From: the human T2T-CHM13v2.0 reference genome, Homo sapiens
Length of the DNA stretch: 64,000 bases
NCBI RefSeq assembly: GCF_009914755.1
Contig: NC_060929.1
Strand: one strand, 5' to 3'
Shown piece after piece: positions 35,997 through 53,689 of the stretch (the first letter of the stretch is position 1; the number at the start of each line of letters is the position of its first letter). The position numbers were made by a program, and so were the translations under genes. Under the pieces are notes generated by a model. The model was not told the origin of the DNA, made no database searches, and was given only the letters and a program-made list of their open reading frames with translations.

Positions 35997-36661
35997 AGGA
36001 ATGGTTATTATATTCATTGAGATAAACTGTAGTATTTGCTGTTTGAAGTATTTAAACATAATTGGCATATTACAATATGTGACACTGGCCTTAAGATTCT
36101 AATTTAAAATGCTTAACAGACTTTTAGACTTATGAGTTTCAGTTGAAAGGTATTTTAAAATGTTACTAAGTCTGCAAAAGTACTGAAATGTTTCAGAGAA
36201 CTTGGAAAGTCACCATATGTTTAATTTATTATGTTTATGAGAGTTAAGCACTTGGGAAGGTTTATGCTAATGGGGTCAAGCATTTGCAATGCTGCTTAAA
36301 AGAATCATTTTTTTAAATGTATAAATGCTATTAAGTTGTTTAAAGGAATTTGAATTGTAAATGGGATTGTTAAAACAAATTTAGTCTGTTCAACTCAATG
36401 AGGGCATTTCATTTTCTAGGAACAAAATACCCTCTTAGACATTAAAAAGCCGCATGCCTGTTCCCTCAGCTATAGTTAACTGGACCATGGTGGTACAACT
36501 GACTCAACCCTTCTCTAAGCAGGGATTTGTAATTGGGATTTATAATGAAATTCCTGATCTGGGAAAATGGGAGGCTGGGAATGCTATGTCTAGGTCATCA
36601 GCGGAGAAAGTTGGTTTGTAGAGAATGAACAAGAATGAAACCTAAGTGCAAAGAAAATAAA
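35001..36661 (+). terminator. UTP15: UTP15 candidate polyadenylation signals (AATAAA at 35001, 35253, 36656; ATTAAA at 33462)
   Basis: Hexamers seen downstream of the stop; usage not determinable from sequence. Confidence 0.5.
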
Positions 36662-36869
36662 GATTATCCTGCTTTAATAGTTCAGACTAGAGGAGAGAGA
36701 AACCATCTTAGTTCCTGATGACTTCCTATTGCCCTATTCTGGTTGTACCTCTTCCCCCAGGGGTCCATGATATTTTTGGATTCCCTCTAACACTTGTTTG
36801 CTTAGGTGACTGTGAGTGGTTTTCTCTTATTTACAACCAAATGACTCTGAAAACACTAATCCACTGGTC

Positions 36870-39240
36870 CTGATATTTATTGAGACACATTAGAGGCCAG
36901 GGTATCAAGGTTATAGCAATGAACAAAATAGACAAAATATCTCCCTCAATATTCTGATTAGGGGAGATACTCAGTGAACAAGTACATATGTAGTGGGGTC
37001 ACGTGGTGCTAAATGAGATGGAGACCAATCAGGCAGGGGAGGGAGATGGCAAATGTCAGGGGTGATTGGTGGGTTGGAGTTTTAAATAGAGTAGTTAGGG
37101 AAGGCCTCACTGGGATGGCAATTGAGCAAAGTTCTTTAGGAAGTGAAGGATCCTCATTGCTATCTAGGGGCAGAGTGGAGAAGTGTGCCTGGGGAGTTAG
37201 GAATGGCAAGGTGGCCCATTTAGCTGGCGTGGAGCAAGGGAGGGGAGAGTAGTAAGATACAGAATGGTGTAGAAACTGGCGATGGTGCATTTTGACAGCT
37301 CTTTAGGGAGTTTTAACGTAAAAGGGAATACAAAATTGGGCAATGACTGGAGGTATGTGGGGTCAAGAGTTTTTTTTAATTAGGTATAATTGATATGCTA
37401 TAAACTACACATATTTAAGGTGTTCATTTGATATGTTTTGACATTTATACACCCTTGAAACCACAATCAAGTTAATGAACATGTTTAATACCCTCAAAAG
37501 TTTCCTCCTGCCCTTGGTAATCCATCCCTTGGCCCCTTCGCCTCAGGCAACTACTGAACTACTTCCTGTCACCATAGATTAGTGTTCATTTTCTAGAATT
37601 TTATAAAATGGAATTAGAATTTAGGATTTGGGGGGTCTGGCTTCTTTCACTTAGCATAATTGTTTTGAGATTTATAATTAATTTGAGATTTAAGTTGGCA
37701 ACAATGACAGAATGAATGTGTGTCAGTGGGGATAATCCTGTAGAGAAGGAAAAACATGATATAGGATCCAGGGGAGGTGGCACTGCTGGAGCAGTGGCAA
37801 GGGTCAAGTGCCCAAGTGGAAGGGTTGGTTTAGATAGGAGAAGATAGGAGAATAATAATTTGGGCATAGTTCAGGAGGGAAGGCATATACGGGCACAGAG
37901 GCAATTAGGTGGGTAGAGGTGATAGTGAGGGTTTGTGGAAGTTAATTTGGTGTCTCTTCATTGGAAAAAACCCAAGAAGGTAACCAACTGAAATGAGGTT
38001 AGAGGAAGAGCAGGTGGAGGTGTTGGAAGTTTGATGAGATAACAAGATATGAATTAATCCTAATAAGGTCAAGAACTCAAACTTTGGAGCCATCTGCATA
38101 GATTTGAATCTTGGCTTGACCACTCACTGGCTACACGATCTGGGGGACGTTATTTTGACATTTTGTATCTCATTTTCTTCATCTGTTAATCAGACAAACA
38201 GAATCACATAGGATAGTTGTGAGAATTGTGCTAATACCCATAAATGTACCTAGAATATTTCTTCTAAAAAGTTGTTTTTAAAGAACAGTGTTGAGAAGGG
38301 AGAGTAGAACAAGGAATTCTATCTGTAACTGACTGAACAATCAATTGAGACAACACTACCTTCAATCCAGCCCCTAGAATATTTCTATTGTCAGCTAGTA
38401 TGATGGGGGGAATGAATGGACTGGAAAATGAAGGAGGGTCCCTGGCAGCACTAGAGGCCCACATGACTAAGGAACTGAATGAGTGTTCTGGATTTACACT
38501 GAGACCCATCAGCATGGTGGCATGTTTTTCCCTTTACATTCACCTATTAGGAGGCAGATGTGGAACAGACTGAGATACGGATTTAACAAGCAGTGGGGTT
38601 TTTGTAGGTGAATGCAACATAACTGGGCAGGGACAAAGGTAGTGTTAAGATTGATGCAAAGGAGTGATTGTAATGATAGAGCGTGGAAGCTAAGCTGGGT
38701 AAGTATGGAAAGGAGGCCACATGGGATTGAGGACAGTGAGAACACCTGGATCAATGGATTGTTGGTCTGTGTGTGGTTGAAGAGTTGCGGTTTGCCTACT
38801 AGAGATAGCGAGCCAGAGGTATGAAAGATGTTGAGAGAACTAAGCATTATGACAACAGCAGTATTTGAAAGAGTGACAGCAAGCCAGGAGCTAAAAAGTT
38901 GAAAACATGATAGGTCTCATGATGTGTGGTGACCAACAAGGTGGGAGGTATTAGGGATATAGTCAGATGACATGAGATTCAGTGGTGAGGCATTCTTGGG
39001 AAGGAAGGTGGGAGAATGGTCTGGAAACAGCATTGAGGATTACCTATACAACTGTTAGGAGTTGTACAGGAGATATGAGAACACCATCAGCAGCACTGGA
39101 GAGGGCTGCAGAAGAAACAGTGTCCTCAGCAGAGAGCCAAGGCTCAGATCAAAGGCGTGGAGAGAATGTCAACACGAGGTTGAGAGTCTGAGGGTTGTTG
39201 CTGATGACTGTGAGACCCAGAGGGCAGAGGCAAAGGGTTT
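36870..39240. mobile_element. Degenerate L2 fragments with nested L1 (~37375-37690), MIR and the Y-RNA copy
   Basis: atttattgagacac...atgaacaaaatagacaaa, tagggaaggcctcactg and purine-rich L2-like body. Confidence 0.55.
38263..38372 (-). pseudogene. Y1 RNA (RNY1) retropseudogene
   Basis: Minus strand reads GGCTGGATTGAAGGTAGTGTTGTCTCAATTGATTGTTCAGTCAGTTACAGATAGAATTCCTTGTTCTACTCTCCCTTCTCAACACTG, closely matching hY1; perfect 14-bp TSD cctagaatatttct at 38249-38262 and 38373-38386. Confidence 0.92.
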
Positions 39241-40275
39241 TATGAGCTAGAGAAGGATAGAAATGGGACCACAAGAGAGGATGTATGGAGTCTAGGAGAT
39301 AAGGCATGATCTAGGGTTCCTGGCTTCTTGTGGCAATAACTGGCATAAAGAGGGTTAGAGGGCATGATGACAGCCCTGATCATCTTCAGGTAGATGCTGG
39401 GTGTGAGGGAGGGAGAGAAGTGAGCTCTCCCCAGGAGCTTGTAGAATTCTGGGCACCATTCTTCACACCTGCCACACAGGTGCTGTGGCGGGTGATAGAG
39501 GGGCAATCACTTCTACAGAAACAGGAAAACAGATTAAGTTCACTCCAGATACCCAGTTTGTAAGTGAAAAACAAACAACAACAACAACAAAACAGGATTT
39601 GGATTCACGTAATCTGTTTTTACAACCTGCACCATTTATCATTGCTTGAGACAGCCTCATCCTCATTCTGCTCTCTCTCTTCCTCCCATATTCAAGCAGT
39701 TTTCAACATAACCCTCAGCTGCCACATCCTAGATGTCCTTTTGTTTTTCCATTCCCATCGCCATCTCTTTGTGGCCCCAATTCCTTTGGACTTCTGCAGC
39801 ACCCTGCCTTACAGCTCCTCCAGCTTAGCAGTCCTCCAGTCCATCCTCCGTATCATGGCTAGAGTGGTCTTCAGAAACATTTGATCTCATCACTCCCTGG
39901 AGACAGTCTATCACAGTGTCAGGGGGAATTAAAAGGACATGGTGGCAACTGAATGGAAGTGATAATGTAGGAGGTGAAACGACCAAACCCTCCTTCCATC
40001 CTTCGCTTTAGCTCAGGCAGCTTCCACGTAGAAGGGTCTTTGGCTTGAAATACTTATGATGTTATCCTCGGTTGGAAATTTGGTTTTTTTGGAGATCTTG
40101 ATTCTGATTCAGAGCCTGTCGCCACTTATTTTTTCAGTCGATGTTTATTCCTCAACTGTTTTTGCATCTGTTTACACAGTTCAAACATCCAGCCACTCTC
40201 CACTCTGACCTGAGAACATAGAGGCAGGGATTCCTGCTGGGTCATTGTGCTTTTGGCACAGAGTTAAAGTCTTGA

Positions 40276-40617
<342 letters not shown>

Positions 40618-40634
40618 TAAGGGTTTTCTAGTGA

Positions 40635-40790
40635 TCTTAAAATTAATTAAAATTAAGAATTCAGTTCCTTAGTCACTTTGCCACACTTTGAGATGGCTGA
40701 AAATAGCCACATGTGGCTTGTGGCTACCATATTGGACAACACAGATACAGAACATTTCCGTAATTGGAGAAGTTTCTACCAGACAGCCTT
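40635..40790. mobile_element. MER3/MER33-type hAT-Charlie element (related fragments at ~27200-27350 and 27660-27785)
   Basis: aattcagttccttagtcact...atagccacatgtggcttgtggctaccatattggacaacacagatacagaacatttcc. Confidence 0.75.
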
Positions 40791-42596
40791 GGACCTTTGG
40801 AGAAGTGCAAACTCTTTCTTTCTGGAGACTTGAGTCCACTTCATTGATCTGGTCTGAAGTACTCATCTGGCAGCTACTTTATCTGCCAACGCAGCCACTG
40901 GCTTGGTCCTTCCTGGCTCTGGCCCATCTGTTTCTAACTTAGTTCCCTGGCCCTGACTGCCCCAGATCTGCCCCTGAGTTTTCTTCCTCTCACTGATTCT
41001 TGCTCATAAACTCTTCCCATGGCTTGATTCTTCCAGCCCTGTTGCTTGGCACCAGCTCCCCAGGCATTTTCTCTAGCAGCTCAGGGTCTGAGGAGAGGTC
41101 TTTTAGGACTGCCATCCATGTGCTACCTCCCCTGACCAGGCTGGAGGAGAGGGACCTCACCTCAGCAGTCTTGGGTGATGCTGAGGCAGCAACGTACTTC
41201 GTACACACACATTGGCATTCTTCTGTTTATTCATTTAACAGATGTTTCTAGGCCATAAGCTGTGTGCCCTGAGGTCCTTGGGCTGTGATAACATTGGGGA
41301 ATGAAGCAGCCCTCTGATGTCTTGAGACTTCTCATGTTGAGGATAGCCACCACCATGCCCTGGAAGCTCTCACCACTCTAACTAGAAATGCTTAACTCAC
41401 ATCCTCTCTAAATAGAGTACAGGCAGCTGCACACTGAAACTGAGATTGAAGAGGATACAGTGAAACAGCAGGGTGAGTTCTAGGCAAACTCTGGCCATTG
41501 CAGACTTTCTGTTTTCCTCAGCCTCCTTGCTGACACCCTACCACCCTCAATGGCTGCCCTCCTCTTTTTTGGAGGAATACCTAATGCTTGCAGAATCGTC
41601 AGGCCTCTCTCCCTTCTTCTTCCTTCTCTAATCAAAAGAGGGAATCCCCTGAATTATTTCCATTATAATGTGTCTATGTTTTAGTCAATGCACTGAAATG
41701 TAAGCACTGTGACTAACGGTGGACTTTGTTTTTGAACATGAACCAGGTAAGAGAGAGTTGGGAGGTGGGGAAGAGAGTTTCTGCTTTTGAAACTCAGTAA
41801 TGTTTATTAAAAAGCCCAGCCCTCAACATATACTTGCTTTTGATAATTTTCTTTACCTTGGCAGGGAGAGAGAAAGGGAGGGAGATTGAGTTGAAAAGCT
41901 TGAGACTTTCCCTGAGAGAGATCTTAGATTTTGGGGAGGTCGAGTAGGGAGGGAGCAGCACAGTTGGGACTATGGAAAGACCATTCCCAGTGGCTTCCAG
42001 GGATAGAGAGAAGCAAATGCCAGCATAGTGAGATCTTCCTTGCTCTCGTTTGTCTTGCCAAGCTCCAACCTACATTTTTATTTTGGTCTTACATCCCAAT
42101 AATCCCCAACAAGATGCATGTACTTTGGCCAAAATGGATTGTTCCTTTAAAACTTACTAGTTTCTCATTTTAGTTAACAATATAGTTTTAAATAAACAAC
42201 ATATGGACCGGGCATAAAATTCTAAAGTGCAAAGTAGACAGTGATAAGTCTTTCTCTCATCCTTTCCCCTAGTCACCCAGTTATCCTATCTGGAGGCATT
42301 TATAAACATACACTTTTAGATATATATCTGAATAGGTATAGATATATCTCTATATAGATTTTCCCCAATGTAATTGAAGCATAATATATATAATGCTGTT
42401 CACGTTGCTCTGTTTTTTTTGTTTGGAAAAAGTAATAACATACTGTAGCTATAGTTCCCTATCAGTACGCATAGAACTGCCTCAAAAAATACACACATAG
42501 AAAAATTTTCTGACAGTACAAAGCAGTATATATAATAGAGTAAAAAAAAATCTCCATTCCTTCTGGATCTCAGCCCACTTTCTTCTAAGGTAATGT

Positions 42597-43079
42597 CTTA
42601 TATTATGGTTCTTCAGGGAAACAGAATGAATAGGAGATTATATATATATATATAGTCAGATTATATATTATATATTTTATATATATATATTATATATATA
42701 TATATTAGCCGGGAAGTTCCATGATTTGCCACCTGCAAGGTGGAGAACCAGGAAAGGTGGTGGTATAATTCAGTTCAAGTCTGAAGGCCCGAGAACCAGC
42801 AGCTTTGGCATCCAAGGATAGAAGAAGATAGATGTCCTGGCTGAAGAAGAGAGAGTGAATTTGTCCTTCCTCCACATTGTTCTATCCAGGTCCTAACAGA
42901 CTGGATGTTACACTCCCACATTGGTGAGAGATCTTTACTCAGGGATCTTTACTCAGTTCCCTGATTTAAATGCTAATCTATTCCAGAAATATCCTCACAG
43001 ACACACCCAGTAAATGCTTTACTGGCTATCTGGGCATCCGTTAGCCCAGTCGAGTTGACACATGATACTAACCATGACA
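42597..43079. mobile_element. MLT2 LTR containing a (TA)n tract (42638-42704)
   Basis: ttcttcagggaaacagaa...ggagaaccaggaaag...gcccagtcgagttgacacatgatactaaccat. Confidence 0.8.
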
Positions 43080-44593
43080 AGGCTCTTACCAGTTTCTTAA
43101 ACGGCTGTAATAATCAAAGTTCAGTTGTCCTAGAAATAGAAATCTTCTAGGAAGCTAAAGTAGACGGGACTTAATACAGGAAGTAGGTCCTTATGAAATC
43201 ACTGGAAGGGCTAGAAGAATAGGGATAGGAGGGAGGGAGTGCTCCAGATGGAGCCACTGTTCAAGAGCATGGCTCCAGAGAGCAAAAAGCTACTGCTCCT
43301 GCCATCATGAAGCCAGAGGATATACCCTGGCAAGCTGGGTCACTTCATCACAATTGCATCTCATTCCCCATCTCCTTTCCTTGCTTGCTGACAGTAACAA
43401 GCAGGAAGCTGGCCTTCCGCTCATTCCTGACTTTCATATCATGTTAGTATATCTAATTGGAGGAGCCCAATTTTGCATCCAGGGCATTATCTGGAAAGGA
43501 ATGTGGGAACTATGGCTTTTAGCTTTCCAGCTCTACAGTTTTGAAGACATCCTAGAAGGAGGATAGAGCAGAGGAGGATGGAGCAGAAGGTAAGAGAGCC
43601 AATCCACACAATATTCTCCCCCAAATATTCTACACATCTTTAACCATGTGCATGCACAACCTCACTTCTAAACAAATGAGATCACACTATACCTCTGTTC
43701 TGCATTTCAGGTTTTCCACGTATTGTGTATTAGTGGTTGATCCATCTCAGTACAGACAGCTCTACATCATTCTTTTTTATGCTGGCCTCCTATATTACTA
43801 TACAGCTGTGCCATAATCAGTTTAACCAGTCCCCTATTCATGGGAATTTAGGTAGTTTTCAGTCTTTTGCAGTCACAAGCAATTCTGCATTGAGCAAGCT
43901 TTTGCCTAAGTTTGTGTGTGTTTTGAGGAGTATGCTAGAATAAATCAACATGGATTATTCTGACCCCAGAGAACAAGACTTTGTTTTCCCACCCCAAAGT
44001 CTTTGTGTGGTAATGCCTCATCCCTGCTGCTCATCTTCATCTACAAGGGATGCTGTCCACCCTGGAGACCTCCTTCTCATGCATACACGGTACTTAACAC
44101 TCCACAGAGTACCTGATAACTGCACGAGAAGCTGTGATTAGTCCAGTTCTGCACATAATGACACTGAGGTGACGTAGAAAGTTTAGGTGACTTGTCCAAA
44201 GTCACACAGTTGGTTAGTGGCAGATTTGGGATTTGAACTCAAGCATCTGCTTCAAGAGTACATATTCTCAACCACTACAGGAATAGCATCTTATTTTCTA
44301 GAAACATAGAGCAAGTCCTTAGTCACCTTTGTGTCTTTGACTTTATCCACAATAAACAGCTGGTAGTAAATATGTGTTGAATGAGTAAATGAATTCTTAT
44401 CGGATCTAGTTGGCAATTTATATGAAAACAGCAGTTTTGTTACTATGCACAACATGAAATTATTATTATATCATTTTGCCTGAGACACAACTCAAAGCAA
44501 AGATGTTTCTGGAAGCTGCCCTTCTTGTCCATTGAGAATTTTAATCAGGTAAAATTGAAATCATGCATTAGACAACCTACCTCAGTTCACCAT

Positions 44594-44613
44594 TAGTCCA
44601 CCAGGTGGCAGTA
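44594..44613 (+). promoter_or_regulatory. CTCF consensus motif
   Basis: CCACCAGGTGGCAG at 44598-44611 matches CCASYAGRKGGCRS exactly, in non-repeat-looking DNA. Confidence 0.7.
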
Positions 44614-44809
44614 TTATCTTGAAAAACCACAAGAAGCCTGCTTTCTCCCCAGCTCTTCCCCTGAATTGGTGTTTTAGAGTCATCAGAGTTGGCACAGAAT
44701 AAACCCAAGATATTTGGTTATTACTGTGTTGACAAAGTAGCTTTGAAAGTTCAATTATAGTTATTAATAGATACCAGAAATGTGGAAATAAAATCTAACC
44801 AAGGTTCTA

Positions 44810-46925
<2,116 letters not shown>

Positions 46926-47380
46926 CCAACATTCTATTTCAATTAAACTTTTCAACAATGTAGACTAATGGAAAGAACAGAGCTATAATAATCTTGGGTA
47001 AGTCCTAGCTTCTCTGGGCCTCATCTTCAACATCTGTCAAATGGGGCAAATATTACTTCTCTTGCAGGATTGTTGTGAGAATAAATACAATGATATATGA
47101 ACTGTGTCTTACTTACTTACTGTGTTTTTCACATGTTTGTGATTATGGAAAGTCTACTTGCCCTGCACCAGTTGGGAGTATTTTCTTAGTTGACCTGATT
47201 ACTAACATCATTTGAATCACTTGGATAAGGGTTAAGTTAAAGTTTTCTTTTTATGTTATTATAAAGGATGTTTTCTAAATAAATTATTTACGTAAAAGAA
47301 TATAACTGACTTGGGACTGACTGCTTACAAGCATTTTGAAAGTAAATGATATAATTGCAGTACATACAAGTAAGATACTG

Positions 47381-49122
<1,742 letters not shown>

Positions 49123-50075
49123 TGCCTAACCCATTCTTATCTGCCAGTGGGAGTAGATGTAGATTATAATAAAGATTGAGAAAAAACAAAATAGACAATT
49201 CACAGTGAAATTTATTGACAGTAGCATATGTGAATTTCCTCATTATGTAATTTCTAATATAAGACTATGAGTTTACACGTGATTCTTTACTATAAAATTA
49301 TTACCCATAAACTTAAACATAACTCAGTGGTTTGATTTACTTACCTTATGAGTACATTGCAAGTTAATTAAGGTAGCATAAGTCAGTAATCATTAATGAG
49401 AGGAGTAATCATTAATGAGAGGAGTCTATGATCAACTTTTAAAGAGAACAATGTATAATTCTACTAAGTATAAGGTTGATCAAAACTGGAAAATTACAAA
49501 TAATATGATGATGATGACTAACACTGATAATGTGCTTACTAAGGCACTGTTCTCACTAATGTACGTATATTAGCTTATTTAATCTTCATGATAACTGTGG
49601 GAGCAGGCACTCTTACTGTTCCTATCAACATTCCTATTTTTGCAAATAGATATTTCTATACTGTGTAGTTTAATAAAAATTAAACACAATCAGAAAGAAG
49701 TAACAGGAAGTAACCATAGATGCAGAGAAAATTTAAACAATTTATAAGAGTACTTGATAAAACTTTATAGAAATACATTTTAAAAGTGTGATTACATGAA
49801 TGCTGTTTTAAAAAACATAAATAAATAAAATAAATTCCCAAAGAGACAGAAAACTGAAAATGGTCACTGACCAGGGAATTCATTGAGAAGGTAATCTGAG
49901 AAGCTCTGAACTCAAATATTTTATTAGTGAATTCTTCCAAACTTTCAAGGAAAATAAAATTCTAATTATACTTAAACTGGTCTAGGACTTAGAGAAAAAA
50001 ACTTCCAACGTCATTTTCTAAAGCCAGCAAAACACAATATAAACCTGAAAAATTTGTTTTTGGTATGTTGTACTA

Positions 50076-50548
50076 TAGTGGTGGGTTGTACTATTGTTCA
50101 AAATATTTATTGTCCCTCCTGGGGGATGGATTAATTATAGGCCTTCATCCCACTGACATCTGGCCTGTCTTTAGGACTTGACATGCTCCCCCTTGTGGCT
50201 GGATTACTTATCCCTATCCTGTTGAAGCCAAGAGTAGTTCTCCAATTTGCCTTGGCCAAATCGTCAATGAAATAAGGGCAGAAGTGACATTATGCCACTT
50301 AGAAACAGAAGTTTTAAAATAGAGTTCATGGTTCACCATGTCTCTCTTATCTCTACCATGATGACCACCAATGTGTCAGATAAGCTGCTTTATCCACTTC
50401 ATTCCAGAGGGAAGATGGCATGGAAGAGAGGCACAGCAGATGGTGGACACAGACCATGAGTAAGAATTAAACCTTTGTTACTGTAAGCTGCTAACATTTT
50501 GAGATTGTTTGTTATCACAGCATAACCTAGCCTACTCTGACTGATGCA
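50076..50548 (+). mobile_element. MLT1 (MaLR) LTR inserted in old L1 ORF2 fragments (~49680-50830)
   Basis: aatgaaataagggcagaagtgaca...aattaaacctttgttactgtaagc...tttgttatcacagcataacctagcctactctgactgatgca. Confidence 0.75.
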
Positions 50549-51019
50549 CTCCTCTTCTCCCACACAAGAAAGCTGTGGACTACATTTACTTATGAACACT
50601 AATTTTAAAAATCTTTAATAAGGAAAAGATTTCAGGCATACATTGTAGGAATAATATACCCCCAGCTGAGATTCATTTCAGGAATGCAAATTTGATGTTC
50701 CTGATAAAATAAGAAGAGATTTATATTTCCCTGACATGCAATCTATAGTAGCTCAATAATGAAATACTAGAAATATTCCCATTAAAGTCAAGAATGTGAC
50801 AAGAGAGCTTATTAACTCCCCTATTATTTAATCTTTACATCCATTGTATTTTGAGCTTAGTTTTTTTTATATTAAAATCCTGCCAAACACTAAATGTTTA
50901 TATGTGAAATGTTGAACATCTGTTCTAATTCAGTATTCTTTCCTTCAAATAATTCTTTTGGTTTTAAACCTCTTTATATTTTGCACCTGAATACTGCCTA
51001 AGTTTTGATGGTTTCATTG

Positions 51020-51095
51020 GTTTATTAGCTAATAGTACATCTCCACAAATACACAATAAATTGTATTTGTGGAGATGTACTCTTGGCTAATAAAC
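51020..51095. repeat. 34-bp inverted repeat with 8-nt spacer
   Basis: Arms 51020-51053 and 51062-51095; 32/34 Watson-Crick pairs. Confidence 0.95.
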
Positions 51096-51355
51096 TGAGG
51101 TTTTAGTATTCCACCCTCAATTATAGCCTCAAAGCTGAACTCAGTACACGAGGGATCATATTTTGGAGGAAAACTCAATGAACTCTTTGGTTTTCCTGTT
51201 CTCTGGAATCACTTCCATCATCCTTATTTTGTTTACCTTTACTGCTGCTTTTAGAATAGGTCTATATTTTCTTGATAAAAACGTTCAGTGAATTTTGTTT
51301 CACCATCAGTTAATTGAGGTTAAAGACATAGGTATTTATTTCCCAACTTTGGTCA

Positions 51356-53415
<2,060 letters not shown>

Positions 53416-53689
53416 AGAATTTTTTCTTAACTCACAGCATAGTAAGAGAATTTACAAACATCCCCGAGAGTTGTAATGATAATGCTCCTTTCTTGCAGAT
53501 TTGCAGCACAAACTTGCATTATCTGGATAGTCTTAAAAGACCTTCACCACCCCTCTTCTTCAAAGCCCCCCAGACATAAGCCATAAATATTATTTAAAGC
53601 TGTTTGGCCTACTAACACCCCCAGACACTTGGAAGAAGCAAATGAAATGGGTAACAGTACCCTTAATCCTGGCCTCAGAGAATACCCAC

